A DNA stretch of 64,000 bases from Clostridia bacterium (GTDB lineage: Bacteria; Bacillota; Clostridia; Oscillospirales; CAG-272). Shown piece by piece: positions 34,895 through 44,825 of the stretch. Position numbers and translations under genes: made by a program. How positions within the stretch are numbered: the first letter of the stretch is position 1; each line of letters opens with the position of its first letter. The notes under the pieces were generated by a model that saw nothing but the letters and a program-made list of their open reading frames with translations, was not told where the DNA came from and did not search any database. The stretch is taken from the NCBI GenBank assembly GCA_017621755.1, contig JAGASL010000025.1, positions 64,727 to 128,726 on the forward strand, in the 5' to 3' direction.

Positions 34895-36040
34895 ATGAAA
34901 AGCGCATGCAAGATTCTTTCCCTCGCGCTTGCACTCGTGTTCTGCCTTGGTTGCTTTGCAGCCTGCGGCGGCACGGATGACAAGACTATTCTGATCGGCG
35001 GCTCCGGCCCGCTGACCGGTGCAAACAGCCAGTATGGTGATGCCGTTCTGAAGGGCGCACAGATCGCTGTTGAAGAGATCAACGCTGCTGGCGGCTACGC
35101 TGGCTACACCTTCAAGCTGCAGATGATCCAGGATGACTGCGGTGCTGTTGAAGCAGAGAATGCTTACAACCAGCTCTTCGACCTGGGCATGAAGGTTTCT
35201 ATTGGCTCCGTTACCTCCGGTTCCGCAAAGGCCTTCGCTACTGCCGCAAAGGATGATGGCATCTTCTGCCTGACTCCCTCCGCTTCTGCTGACGACGTTA
35301 TTGCCGTTGGTAACCACTCCTTCCGTGTTTGCTTTGGCGACCCGCAGCAGGGCGTTATCGCAGCAGACGAGCTCGTAACCGAGAAGGGCTTTGCCAAGAT
35401 CGGCGTTATCTATGATACGAGCGATACCTACTCTACCGGTCTGTATCAGGCATTTGAAGAGCGTATGACCGAGCTGGAGAAGGTAAAGGGCACCGACTAC
35501 GTTGTTTATACCTTCACCAGTGAGAATAATACCGACTTCACGCAGCAGGTAACCGAGCTGAAGAACTTCGGCTGCGATGCTATTTTCCTGCCGATCTACT
35601 ACGGCGAGGCTGCTCTGATCGCTAAGTCTGCCGCTACGCATCCTGAGCTGAAGGACGTTCCCGTTCTGGGCTGCGACGGTCTGGACGGTATTGCCGGCCA
35701 GCTGGATAGTAGCGTAACCGCAGAGGTTCGTTACATCACTCCCTTTGATATCAACAGCACCGAGGCAAACGTTGCCGCATTCGTAGCTGCTTATCGCGAT
35801 AAGTACGGTAAGGACCCCAACCAGTTCGCAGCTGATGCGTATGATGCTGTCAAGATCCTTTACGAGGCTATGAAGGCTGGCGAGGTTGATCCTGCCGCTG
35901 CTGCTTCTGAGATCTGCAGCGCTCTGGCCGAGGTTCTGACTGGCGGTACCTTCAAGTACAGCGGTCTGACCGGTGACAACATGACCTGGACCGAGGGTGG
36001 CTCCGTAGAGAAGGAAGCTAAGATCGTTAAGGTTCAGTAA
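34895..36040 (+). CDS. livJ: Branched-chain amino acid ABC substrate-binding lipoprotein
   Basis: Lipobox FAAC. LivJ/LivK-type periplasmic binding fold motifs. Confidence 0.88.
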   Translation: MKSACKILSLALALVFCLGCFAACGGTDDKTILIGGSGPLTGANSQYGDAVLKGAQIAVEEINAAGGYAGYTFKLQMIQDDCGAVEAENAYNQLFDLGMKVSIGSVTSGSAKAFATAAKDDGIFCLTPSASADDVIAVGNHSFRVCFGDPQQGVIAADELVTEKGFAKIGVIYDTSDTYSTGLYQAFEERMTELEKVKGTDYVVYTFTSENNTDFTQQVTELKNFGCDAIFLPIYYGEAALIAKSAATHPELKDVPVLGCDGLDGIAGQLDSSVTAEVRYITPFDINSTEANVAAFVAAYRDKYGKDPNQFAADAYDAVKILYEAMKAGEVDPAAAASEICSALAEVLTGGTFKYSGLTGDNMTWTEGGSVEKEAKIVKVQ

Positions 36041-36137
36041 TGAATTGAAATGTGCGAGAGGTCGGATGCCTATTTTGGGCACCCGACCTGCTCGTGTCTA
36101 TGCCTCCCCTGTGTGGGGTGCCAAAAAAGGAGTTATT

Positions 36138-37016
36138 ATGGAAACTTTGATAAATGGGTTGAGTCTCGGCGGCATCTATGCGCTGATCGCTCTTGGCTAT
36201 ACCATGGTATACGGTATTGCCAAGATGCTGAACTTTGCCCACGGTGACATTATTATGGCCGGCGCCTATGCCATTTTTGTTGTGATCGGTCTACAGGGGA
36301 ATTTGCTGCTTTCCGCAGCGGCGCTTCTGGTGGCCATTCTGCTTTGCGTCACGCTTGGCATCTTGACCGAGCGCGTTGCCTATCGCCCTTTGCGCGGTGC
36401 TTCTCCGCTTGCCGTACTGATCACGGCCATCGGCGTCAGCTACCTGCTGCAGAGCATTGCACAGCTGGTATTCAAATCCGAGGGTCTGCCTGTTTCTACC
36501 GGCGCGGCCTCGCTTGGCTCTGTGCCTTTTCTTGGCACCAATCTAAAGGTTTCCTCGCTGCTTACGCTTGGTCTGTGCATCATTATTATGACTGCCCTGA
36601 CCCTGTTTGTGGATAAGACCCGTATCGGCCGTGCTATGCTCGCCGTATCTGAGGATCGCGCTGCCGCATCTCTGATGGGTATCAACACCAACTTTATCAT
36701 CACGCTTACCTTTGCCATCGGCTCTGCGCTGGCTGCCTTTGCAGCACTCTTCTATTTGATGCAGATTCCCGTTGTTACGCCCGTGCTCGGCTCCTTGCCC
36801 GGCATTAAGGCATTTACGGCCGCCGTTATCGGTGGTATCGGCTCTATCCCCGGCGCTATGCTGGGCGGCATTCTTCTTGGCGTGATTGAATGCTTCTGCC
36901 AGAGCGTGCCGGAAATTTCCCCTTATACCACAGCAATCGAATTCGGTCTTTTGATCGTCATTTTGCTGGTTCGTCCTGTCGGTCTTCTCGGTAAGAAGAG
37001 AAGGGAGAAGGTCTGA
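36138..37016 (+). CDS. livH: Branched-chain amino acid ABC permease LivH
   Basis: Start METLINGLSLGGIYALIALGYTMVYG follows AAGGAG. The ORF-track extension to 36045 is unsupported. Confidence 0.9.
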   Translation: METLINGLSLGGIYALIALGYTMVYGIAKMLNFAHGDIIMAGAYAIFVVIGLQGNLLLSAAALLVAILLCVTLGILTERVAYRPLRGASPLAVLITAIGVSYLLQSIAQLVFKSEGLPVSTGAASLGSVPFLGTNLKVSSLLTLGLCIIIMTALTLFVDKTRIGRAMLAVSEDRAAASLMGINTNFIITLTFAIGSALAAFAALFYLMQIPVVTPVLGSLPGIKAFTAAVIGGIGSIPGAMLGGILLGVIECFCQSVPEISPYTTAIEFGLLIVILLVRPVGLLGKKRREKV

Positions 37017-37017
37017 T

Positions 37018-38145
37018 ATGAAAAAAATTCGTCTTAAGCATTATATCAATTATCTGATCCTTGGTGGTGCGCTTGCTCTGTTCGTTGCGCTTGATCTTCT
37101 GGGTGCTCTGAAGCGCTCGGATGCCAGTCTGCTCACGCAGATCGGCTATAGCATCATCCTTGCTGTTTCCTTGAACCTGGTCGTTGGCTTTTTAGGCGAG
37201 CTTAGCCTTGGCCATGCCGGCTTTATGTGTGTGGGCGCTTACGTGGGCGGTGTGCTTTATAATATGCTGATCCCCGCCTGCGGCACCGTAGCCGCTTTGC
37301 TGATCGCGCTGCCTGTTGGCGGTGTTGTGGCAGCCTTTTTCGGCTTCCTGATCGGTCTGCCCGCTCTTCGCCTGAAGGGCGACTACCTGGCCATCGTGAC
37401 CCTGGCCTTTGGCGAGATCATTCGTACGGTGATCCTTAATCAAGACTTTTTCGGCGGCCCTATGGGTCTGCCTTCTCAGCGGTTTGGCGACCGTCTGTAT
37501 ATCCTTGCCTTTGCGCTGGCTATCGTTACCGTTTTCGTTTCGCAGAATCTGCGCCGCAGTAAGCACGGCCGTGCCATTCAGGCCATTCGCGATAACGAGA
37601 TCGCTGCCCGCGCCATGGGCGTTAACGTTACCTACTACAAGCTTGTTGTCTTTGCCATTGCCGCTTTCTTTGCTGGCGTGGCCGGTGTGCTGTATGCCAG
37701 CAGCACCTCGCTCGTGCAGAGCACGAACTTCTCCTTTAACTATTCAATCGAGATCCTCGTTATGGTCGTTCTTGGCGGTATGGGTAGCATCACCGGCTCT
37801 ATGATCTCTGCCGCGTTGCTCACCTTTATCACCGTTAAGCTGACGGTTGGCCTGCCCAGTGAGCTGGCCGCTATCGAGCCGCTGGTTTACGCCCTGATCC
37901 TGATCCTGGCCGTTATGTGGAACAATGCACCCTTCCTGCGCCCGCTGCGTGTCAAGCTGCATGATAAGATTGCCGCCCTGCGTGACCGCATCCTTCCGCA
38001 TAAGGAGGTAGACGGCTCTGATGCCGCCGCCACCGCCGCATGGGATACCATTCCCACCAAGATCCCCATGGATGCGCTGCTTTCGACCGATTTTACCGTT
38101 GACCACAGCTTTGATGCAGATCGCCCGGAAAAGGAGGAAAAGTGA
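37018..38145 (+). CDS. livM: Branched-chain amino acid ABC permease LivM
   Basis: LSLGHAGFMCVGAYVGG motif. 1-nt gap to livH. Confidence 0.9.
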   Translation: MKKIRLKHYINYLILGGALALFVALDLLGALKRSDASLLTQIGYSIILAVSLNLVVGFLGELSLGHAGFMCVGAYVGGVLYNMLIPACGTVAALLIALPVGGVVAAFFGFLIGLPALRLKGDYLAIVTLAFGEIIRTVILNQDFFGGPMGLPSQRFGDRLYILAFALAIVTVFVSQNLRRSKHGRAIQAIRDNEIAARAMGVNVTYYKLVVFAIAAFFAGVAGVLYASSTSLVQSTNFSFNYSIEILVMVVLGGMGSITGSMISAALLTFITVKLTVGLPSELAAIEPLVYALILILAVMWNNAPFLRPLRVKLHDKIAALRDRILPHKEVDGSDAAATAAWDTIPTKIPMDALLSTDFTVDHSFDADRPEKEEK

Positions 38146-38911
38146 TGAGTGAATGGATGCTAAAAACTGAAAACCTCGGCATTTCCTTCGGCGGTCTAAA
38201 GGCCGTGCAGGATTGCAATCTGCAAATTCGCCCTAAGGAGCTTTACGGCCTTATCGGCCCGAACGGTGCCGGCAAAACACCGTGTTTAACATGCTGACCG
38301 GCGTGTATCTTCCTACTACCGGCCGCTTCTTCTTAGACGGCGAGGATCTGACAGGTAAATCCACCGTCGAGATCAGCCACCGCGGTATTTCGCGTACCTT
38401 CCAGAACATTCGTCTGTTTTCTAACCTTTCGGTTATCGACAACGTGCTGGTTGGTATGACCAACCGCAAGCCCTGCACCATGCTTGAATCCATCCTTCGC
38501 CTGCCGCGCCACTATCGTACTGAGAAGGAGCTGCGTACCGCCGCGCGCGAGCTGCTTGACGTGTTTGGCTTGGACGGCGAGCGCCGCACGCTGGCATCCA
38601 ACCTGCCGTACGGTAAGCAGCGCAAGCTGGAGATCGCGCGTGCCTTGGCTACTAACCCGAAAATGCTGCTTTTAGACGAGCCTGCTGCCGGCATGAACCC
38701 GCACGAGACCGCTGAGCTGACAGAGACGATCCGTTTCGTGCGTGATCATTTCGATATGACCATTCTGCTGATCGAGCATGATATGAGCCTGGTCAGCGGC
38801 CTGTGCGATTCGGCTACCGTGCTGAATTTCGGTACCACGCTGGCACAGGGCAAAACGGCAGACGTGCTGCACGATCCCGCTGTTATCCGCGCCTACCTTG
38901 GCGACGATTGA
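38145..38911 (+). pseudogene. livG: livG ATP-binding subunit interrupted by a 1-nt deletion just after the Walker A lysine
   Basis: Frame 1 from the ATG at 38145 reads MSEWMLKTENLGISFGGLKAVQDCNLQIRPKELYGLIGPNGAGKTPCLTC-stop (38295-38297). Frame 2 from about 38279 continues as TVFNMLTGVY... to 38911. Confidence 0.8.
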
Positions 38912-38929
38912 TGAACGGAGGAGGGAATT

Positions 38930-39640
38930 ATGGCTTTTTTAACCGTTAATGATTTAGAGGTCTCCTACGGTCTAATCCGCGCTATCAAGGGCGTTTCCTT
39001 TGAGGTAAACGAGGGCGAGATCGTAGCCCTGATCGGTGCCAACGGCGCCGGCAAGACCACCATTATGCATTCGCTTTGTAACCTGCTGCCCAAAACAACC
39101 GGCCAGGTATTCTTCAATGGGCAGGATATTACCCATCTCCCCCCGCACAAGCTGGTGCCGCTGGGCATTGCCCAGGTGCCGGAGGGGCGCCGTATTTTCC
39201 AGGAGCTGACGGTAGCAGAAAACCTGCGCCTTGGCGCCTACACCAGAAAGGATAAGGCAGAATACACCCAGACCGTGAATAAGATGTTCGAGCGATTCCC
39301 GATCCTGAAGGAGCGCCAAAAGCAGGTTGCCGGTACGCTTTCGGGCGGCGAGCAGCAGATGCTGGCGATGAGCCGCGCGCTGATGTCGCACCCCAAGCTG
39401 CTGCTGCTTGATGAGCCCAGTATGGGTCTTTCTCCGCTGTACGTTAACACGATCTTTGATATGATCCGCACCATCAACGAAGAGGGTACCACCGTGCTTC
39501 TTGTAGAGCAGAATGCCAAAAAGGCGCTTTCGATCGCCGACCGCGCCTACGTTTTGGAGATCGGTAAGATCGCCAAAACCGGCACAGGTGCCGAGCTGCT
39601 GTCTGACGATAGCATTCGCCGCGCTTACCTTGGCGACTAA
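38930..39640 (+). CDS. livF: Branched-chain amino acid ABC ATP-binding subunit LivF
   Basis: GANGAGKTT, LSGGEQQML and LLLLDEPS motifs. Confidence 0.92.
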   Translation: MAFLTVNDLEVSYGLIRAIKGVSFEVNEGEIVALIGANGAGKTTIMHSLCNLLPKTTGQVFFNGQDITHLPPHKLVPLGIAQVPEGRRIFQELTVAENLRLGAYTRKDKAEYTQTVNKMFERFPILKERQKQVAGTLSGGEQQMLAMSRALMSHPKLLLLDEPSMGLSPLYVNTIFDMIRTINEEGTTVLLVEQNAKKALSIADRAYVLEIGKIAKTGTGAELLSDDSIRRAYLGD

Positions 39641-39643
39641 TTA

Positions 39644-39685
39644 AAAAGAAGCGCCTTTGCCTAACTGAGCAAAGGCGCTTCTTTT
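39644..39685. terminator. Bidirectional terminator
   Basis: aaaagaagcgcctttgc-ctaactga-gcaaaggcgcttctttt. Confidence 0.8.
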
Positions 39686-39697
39686 GCTTTAACGAGG

Positions 39698-40825
39698 TCA
39701 ATCAATATGTATCGATATGCCGTTGACCTGCACGTCTCCCTCCGCACGGATGAGAATGTATTTCACCCCGTCAATAGTGCGGGTCTCGATCAGGTCGCTT
39801 CGCTCGGGGGATACCTTGATCGAAACGTCCGGTGTGGCAACGGCCAGCTTACCCTTGTCGATCAGGTTGCCGGGGCAAAGCTCAGCCCCCTCGCCAAAGG
39901 CCTCGTTGCACTGCTTTTCAAAGGCGGCGGCGCTTTCCTCGCCTACACCGCAGGATTCTAATACCAGCTTCACCGTCTCGGCAGATACCACCAGCGTTTC
40001 CTTTTCACGGTTCGCCTTGTGCTCGTCTATCAGGCCGGAAAGCTGCTGCTGCACGTGCTCTACCACCTCATAGCGGCATTCCTCGCCGATCGCCTCGGCC
40101 AGCACGCGGTGAAAGGTCTCCTTCTGCTCGGCGGCCGGCGGCATCGCCGGCTCAGAGGCAAAGATGGCTGTTGTTACCTCGCTATGGTTGTTGGCAATAT
40201 CTCGCGTGTAGAACAGTGCATTGTACAGATTGGTAGCGCGATCGTCAAAGGCGGGGAAAAGAAAGCCAAATTCCGGCGCGCTAACGCCGGGATCGCCGGT
40301 CAGGCTGCGAAAGCGCTGCTCGTAGGCCAAAAAGCCCAGAGAAGGCTTTTGCACGCTTTTCAGCGGGCAAACGCAGCAAAGCAGGTAAGAGAAGACCTCG
40401 TTTGACCCCTCGTTATCATCATTGCGGTTATAGGAGGGGACGTCATAATCCTCCTGGGCCAGCAGGATCAGATAATTACCCTCTGCCTCATAGGTAGACC
40501 GAATATGCTCGTATAAAGCCGCAACCGCCTCCTCATCGCGCAGGCTCTTGCGCAGGCGGCACAGCGTTTTGTGCTCCTCGCTTTCCAGTACCTGCCTGGT
40601 CGAAAAGGGGATAGAGAGCAGATTGCGCCCCGGCGCACCCGAAAGCGTTTTGCGCAGCAGCGCAAAAAGCGCCTCGGTTTCCTCAGGTAGGGTCTCGCCC
40701 ATCGGCTGGTCGAAGGTGGAAATGATCTCCTTTTTATCGTTCACGCAGCAGCCGCGCACGTGTGTAATGGCGCTTCTTTCCGGCTTCAGCCGGCGGCGCA
40801 GCTCGCCAATCTCTCGTTGGTTCAT
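39698..40825 (-). CDS. DUF4317-like cytoplasmic protein (375 aa)
   Basis: AAGGAGA RBS. The N-terminus MNQREIGELRRRLKPERSAITHVRGCCVNDKKEIISTF resembles this family as I remember it. Confidence 0.65.
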   Translation of the reverse strand: MNQREIGELRRRLKPERSAITHVRGCCVNDKKEIISTFDQPMGETLPEETEALFALLRKTLSGAPGRNLLSIPFSTRQVLESEEHKTLCRLRKSLRDEEAVAALYEHIRSTYEAEGNYLILLAQEDYDVPSYNRNDDNEGSNEVFSYLLCCVCPLKSVQKPSLGFLAYEQRFRSLTGDPGVSAPEFGFLFPAFDDRATNLYNALFYTRDIANNHSEVTTAIFASEPAMPPAAEQKETFHRVLAEAIGEECRYEVVEHVQQQLSGLIDEHKANREKETLVVSAETVKLVLESCGVGEESAAAFEKQCNEAFGEGAELCPGNLIDKGKLAVATPDVSIKVSPERSDLIETRTIDGVKYILIRAEGDVQVNGISIHID

Positions 40826-40837
40826 GACATTCTCCTT

Positions 40838-41254
40838 TTATGACAATTGATCTTTTATGATTGATAAAATGCGTGGATCGGCATTGTAAATGCCTGAGTA
40901 AGGGCACTCAATATAAACGGCCATGTTGTGCTCGTAGACGTAGTAATGGTAAGTGCTTTGCGCTGTTTCAATAGAAATCAGGAAATAATCAGCAGCAGAC
41001 GGTGTATCATTCACGCTCATATTCCGGGTCGGCCTGGCTGCCCTTATATAGGAAAGAATGGTCTCCTGCTCTGCAAGGGGGCGTGCCGTGTCTGCGCCTC
41101 GCCGTAGCACGGTGCAGGATAGTATGGCCTCCTCCTCTGGTGTTTCGATTGGCTCTGCAAGCGGGAATATAGAATTGATGAAGGCCATGGCAAGGGCAAA
41201 AAGCAGGAGTGCGCAGACAAACGAAATAGCAAGCGTGACGGTTTTTCTATTCAT
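40838..41254 (-). CDS. Signal-anchored small extracytoplasmic protein (138 aa, DUF5301-like?)
   Basis: One N-terminal TM helix (VTLAISFVCALLLFALAMAF). 12-nt gap to the downstream DUF4317-like gene. Confidence 0.5.
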   Translation of the reverse strand: MNRKTVTLAISFVCALLLFALAMAFINSIFPLAEPIETPEEEAILSCTVLRRGADTARPLAEQETILSYIRAARPTRNMSVNDTPSAADYFLISIETAQSTYHYYVYEHNMAVYIECPYSGIYNADPRILSIIKDQLS

Positions 41255-41325
41255 AAAAGCTCCTTTTGTGGGTGTTTTATCATTATACCGCGTTTGTCCC
41301 GAAAAGGCAAGCGTATTTTCATACT

Positions 41326-41367
41326 ACTTAAAAACGGGTTCGGTAGGTTCCGAGCCCGTTTTTAAGT
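41326..41367 (-). terminator. Terminator of the sugar transferase gene
   Basis: acttaaaaacgggttcgg-taggt-tccgagcccgtttttaagt. Confidence 0.7.
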
Positions 41368-41394
41368 AGACGTGTGATGCTGGCGTGCGTAGAA

Positions 41395-42084
41395 TTATTT
41401 GCCAATGGCCTCGGCAATCAGGCGTGCAGCCTCCTTCTTGCCGGCATCATAGGTCGCTTGATCAATGCGGCCGTTTTTCAACAGGTAATCGCAAAAATCC
41501 TCGGCCGTGGCCATGCCCTCCTGGCTCACGTCACGGCGATCCAGCACGCACCCTACCGTACGCAGCAGGATCTTAAGATCGCCCCAAAAGGTGATCTTTT
41601 CAATATACTGCAGGTCATAGGCAAACTTTTCGTCCCAGCTGATGGCGTTTCGCCCGTTGACCTGTGCCAGGCCGGTTAACCCCTGGCGCACCGAATGGCG
41701 CTGCCGCTCTCGCTCGTTCATAAACACCATGTCCAGTACCAGCTGCGGCCGTGGACCAACCAAAGAAAGATCTCCGCGCAGAATGTTGAACAGAGAAGGC
41801 AGCTCGTCGATCGACAGGGCGCGAATCAGGCGGCCGTATGCCGTCAGGCGCTTTTCGTCCGGCAAAAGATTGCCGCTTTTATCACGCCGGTTATTCATGC
41901 TGCGGAATTTCAGCAGGAAAAAGATCTTGCCGTCCTTGCCCGGTCGCGGCTGTCGAAAAAACGGGTTGCCCCGCATGGCGAACGCGCCGATGATGGTGAA
42001 TAGGATCAAAAAAGGGGAAAGAATGCATATCGCTATCAGCGCAGCAAAAAAATCCAATATGCGCTTGGTATATCGTTGGTACAT
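41395..42084 (-). CDS. Undecaprenyl-phosphate sugar phosphotransferase (small bacterial sugar transferase, EpsL/WcaJ C-terminal type)
   Basis: True start MYQRYTKRILDFFAALIAI. The KFRSM, DELP and GDLSLVGPRP motifs are present. The ORF-track extension to 42798 overlaps the PHP gene. Confidence 0.85.
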   Translation of the reverse strand: MYQRYTKRILDFFAALIAICILSPFLILFTIIGAFAMRGNPFFRQPRPGKDGKIFFLLKFRSMNNRRDKSGNLLPDEKRLTAYGRLIRALSIDELPSLFNILRGDLSLVGPRPQLVLDMVFMNERERQRHSVRQGLTGLAQVNGRNAISWDEKFAYDLQYIEKITFWGDLKILLRTVGCVLDRRDVSQEGMATAEDFCDYLLKNGRIDQATYDAGKKEAARLIAEAIGK

Positions 42085-42114
42085 GTCGAACCCCCTTGTA
42101 TTTTTAACCTCTTC

Positions 42115-42143
42115 ATTATAACATAAATACGCCCACCTGTCAA
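42115..42143 (-). promoter_or_regulatory. Consensus sigma-A promoter of the sugar transferase gene
   Basis: TTGACA, 17-nt spacer, TATAAT (perfect consensus). Confidence 0.7.
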
Positions 42144-42177
42144 GCCTGCGCGATATGTAAAAAACTGCAGAAAGGTA

Positions 42178-42206
42178 TTGAAACTTTTTGAAAAATAAGT
42201 TACAAT
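42178..42206 (+). promoter_or_regulatory. Sigma-A promoter of the PHP-to-copA gene string
   Basis: TTGAAA, 17-nt spacer, TACAAT. Confidence 0.65.
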
Positions 42207-42231
42207 ATATAAAAAAGCATAGGAGAAAAGC

Positions 42232-43236
42232 ATGCGCCAGTCTATTTTTCCACAGGGTGGTGTGTTTTATAAAGCCAACCTGCATTGTCATACCGTTATT
42301 TCTGATGGTCGCTTGACGGCTGCCGAGGTCAAAGAGGCTTATCTGGCCGCCGGCTATGCCGCCGTGGCCTTTACCGACCATGAGGTGCTGATTCCGCATG
42401 ATGAGCTGACAGACGAACGCTTTATCGCGCTGCACGGCCTTGAGACGGCCGTTAAAGAGCGCCCTGCCGAGAATACGGGCGCCTTTCAAAAGGTCTATCA
42501 CTTGAATTTGCTCGCGCGCGAGCGTGAAAATACCACCCAGCCCTACGTATACGTAGAGAATATGACCCCCGGGAACTGCCGCTCTTATCTTTCGCAGATC
42601 TCGTATAACGAGGAGCTGGTTTACGAGCAAACGGTAGAAGGGGTAAATGATCTCATTCGCCGTGCGAACGAGGCCGGGTTCCTCGTCACCCTGAATCATC
42701 CTGCCTGGTCTATGATGCCTGCCGAGAAATATCTTGAGCTTTCCGGTCTTCACGGGGTAGAGGTGTTTAATACCGCCTGCTTTGCCCATGGTGATCACAC
42801 CGGGCAGCCGCTTGGCGAGTTTTTGCGCCGCGGCAAGCGCCTGCTACCCGTAGGCGGAGACGATAATCATAACGTGCACGGCTTTGCCGATAGCTTTGGC
42901 TCCTTTACCATGCTCTGCGCGCGGGAATTCAGCTATAGCGGCCTGATGGAGGCATATGCCAACGGCTGGTGCTATGCTTCAAACGGCCCGGAGATCTATG
43001 ATATATGGATAGAGGGAGATACCGTGGGCATTTCCTGCTCGCCTGTTACGCGCATCACCCTGCTTTCTGAAGGGCGGCACGTGCAGAAAAAGACAGGCAG
43101 CGATCTACGCGAGGCTTCATTTACCATCGCCCCAGATAAAACGGGCGCTTTTGTTCGTTTAGAGGTCACAGATACGCATGGCAGGTGCGCCATCAGCCGT
43201 GGATTGTTTTTAGATGAGTGGGAAGGGCTTAACTGA
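42232..43236 (+). CDS. PHP-domain metallo-phosphoesterase-like protein
   Basis: ANLHCHTVISDGRLT...VAFTDHE N-terminal PHP motifs. Confidence 0.75.
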   Translation: MRQSIFPQGGVFYKANLHCHTVISDGRLTAAEVKEAYLAAGYAAVAFTDHEVLIPHDELTDERFIALHGLETAVKERPAENTGAFQKVYHLNLLARERENTTQPYVYVENMTPGNCRSYLSQISYNEELVYEQTVEGVNDLIRRANEAGFLVTLNHPAWSMMPAEKYLELSGLHGVEVFNTACFAHGDHTGQPLGEFLRRGKRLLPVGGDDNHNVHGFADSFGSFTMLCAREFSYSGLMEAYANGWCYASNGPEIYDIWIEGDTVGISCSPVTRITLLSEGRHVQKKTGSDLREASFTIAPDKTGAFVRLEVTDTHGRCAISRGLFLDEWEGLN

Positions 43237-43874
43237 TGGAACAGGTGCTTGCATGGTTTGAGATCATTGGTATTGTGGCTGCCTCGCTTTCCGGCTCTAT
43301 GCGCGCCATTGCCAAAAAGGTGGATATGTTCGGCGTGCTGCTGCTGGGCATGGTCACGGCGCTGGGCGGCGGTATCATTCGTGATATGACGCTGGGTAAC
43401 CTGCCGCCGCGTAACTTCCTAAATTACAACCTGTTGATCATTTCTGCGATTGTTTCACTTGCCACCTTTTGGGTGGCCCGTTTCACGCAGGAGCACTACC
43501 AGCGCGAGGAGGAGATGATTGCGCGCATCAACAACGTGTTTGATGCCCTTGGTATTGGCTCCTTTGCCGTCAGCGGCGCGGCCGTTGCCATTGCTGCCGG
43601 CCATTCCTATAGTGGTGTATTGATTGTCTATGCCGGTATGATCACGGCTGTGGGGGGCGGTATCTTACGTGACGTTTTGCTGCGAGACATCCCCTTTGTT
43701 CTCAAAAAGCGCATTTATGCCGTGGCAGCTCTTCTTGGCGCCCTTACATACTATCTATTGCTATTGGCCGGTGTGCCGGATGGCTGGGCTGCCGGCGCCG
43801 GTGTGACGGTGGTATTTATTTTGCGTATGCTGGCCACCATTTTTCGTTGGAATTTTCCCAAGGCGATTGATTAG
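43236..43874 (+). CDS. TRIC/UPF0126-family cation channel-like membrane protein
   Basis: Duplicated GGGIIRDMTLG / GGGILRDVLL motifs. Confidence 0.8.
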   Translation: MEQVLAWFEIIGIVAASLSGSMRAIAKKVDMFGVLLLGMVTALGGGIIRDMTLGNLPPRNFLNYNLLIISAIVSLATFWVARFTQEHYQREEEMIARINNVFDALGIGSFAVSGAAVAIAAGHSYSGVLIVYAGMITAVGGGILRDVLLRDIPFVLKKRIYAVAALLGALTYYLLLLAGVPDGWAAGAGVTVVFILRMLATIFRWNFPKAID

Positions 43875-43879
43875 AAAGG

Positions 43880-44815
43880 ATGCGTGCCGTGCCAAAGCCC
43901 TATCGCGATCTTGCCGGATATCTGAAGGAAAAAACAGGCTGCAAGACGGCCAAAATCTGTATAGACGGCGGCTTTACCTGCCCGAATCGGGATGGCCGCT
44001 GCAGCACCGGCGGGTGCGCCTTTTGCGGCGCGCGCGGCGCGGGGGAGTTTACCATAGACCCTGCCGTCTCGATCGGCGAGCAGGTGCGTGTGCGCCTGGC
44101 AAATCCTCTTGGTGGCCGCCGCGCTGCGCGCTTTTTAGCCTATTTTCAAAATTTTTCCGCTACTTATGCGCCGGCAGACGAGTTGCGCCGGCGGTATGAT
44201 GCCGCCCTGTGCGACGAGCGCATCGTTGGTCTGGCCGTGGCTACAAGGCCGGATTGTATCGATGAAGAGATTGCCGCCCTGCTTGGCGAATATGCCGCAC
44301 GCATGCCCGTATGGGTCGAGCTGGGGCTGCAAACCGCCTCAGAGAAAACGGCCGGGCAGATGAATATTGCCTGCCCGCGTGCTGCCTTTGCTCACGCCGT
44401 GTCTCTTTTGCGTGCGCGGGGGGTAGACAGTGTGGCGCATATGATGGTGGGGCTGCCTGGCGAAGGCTTGGCAGAGGCCATGGATACGTTGCGCTTGATC
44501 AATGCGCAGCCGGTGGCCGGCATCAAGATCCATTCTTTATACGTGATGCGCGGCACCGCCTTAGAGGCGCTTTGGCGGCAGGGGGAATACACCCCCTTGA
44601 CATTTGATATGTATACCGAAACGGTTGCCCGGTTAATCGCCGGCCTGCGCCCAGATATCGTGGTGCATCGCCTGACGGGCGATTGCCCGCGGGATACCTT
44701 GCTGGCCCCTGGTTGGAGCGCAGAAAAGAACAAGGTTCTTGACCGTATTCACACCATCCTGCGTGAGCGTGGCTGGCACCAGGGCTGCTTGTATGAGAAA
44801 GATTGCTTGATATAA
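43880..44815 (+). CDS. Radical SAM protein, TIGR01212-like
   Basis: GGFTCPNRDGRCSTGGCAFCG cluster-binding region. An in-frame alternative GTG lies at 43889. Confidence 0.8.
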   Translation: MRAVPKPYRDLAGYLKEKTGCKTAKICIDGGFTCPNRDGRCSTGGCAFCGARGAGEFTIDPAVSIGEQVRVRLANPLGGRRAARFLAYFQNFSATYAPADELRRRYDAALCDERIVGLAVATRPDCIDEEIAALLGEYAARMPVWVELGLQTASEKTAGQMNIACPRAAFAHAVSLLRARGVDSVAHMMVGLPGEGLAEAMDTLRLINAQPVAGIKIHSLYVMRGTALEALWRQGEYTPLTFDMYTETVARLIAGLRPDIVVHRLTGDCPRDTLLAPGWSAEKNKVLDRIHTILRERGWHQGCLYEKDCLI

Positions 44816-44825
44816 GAGGGAAAGA

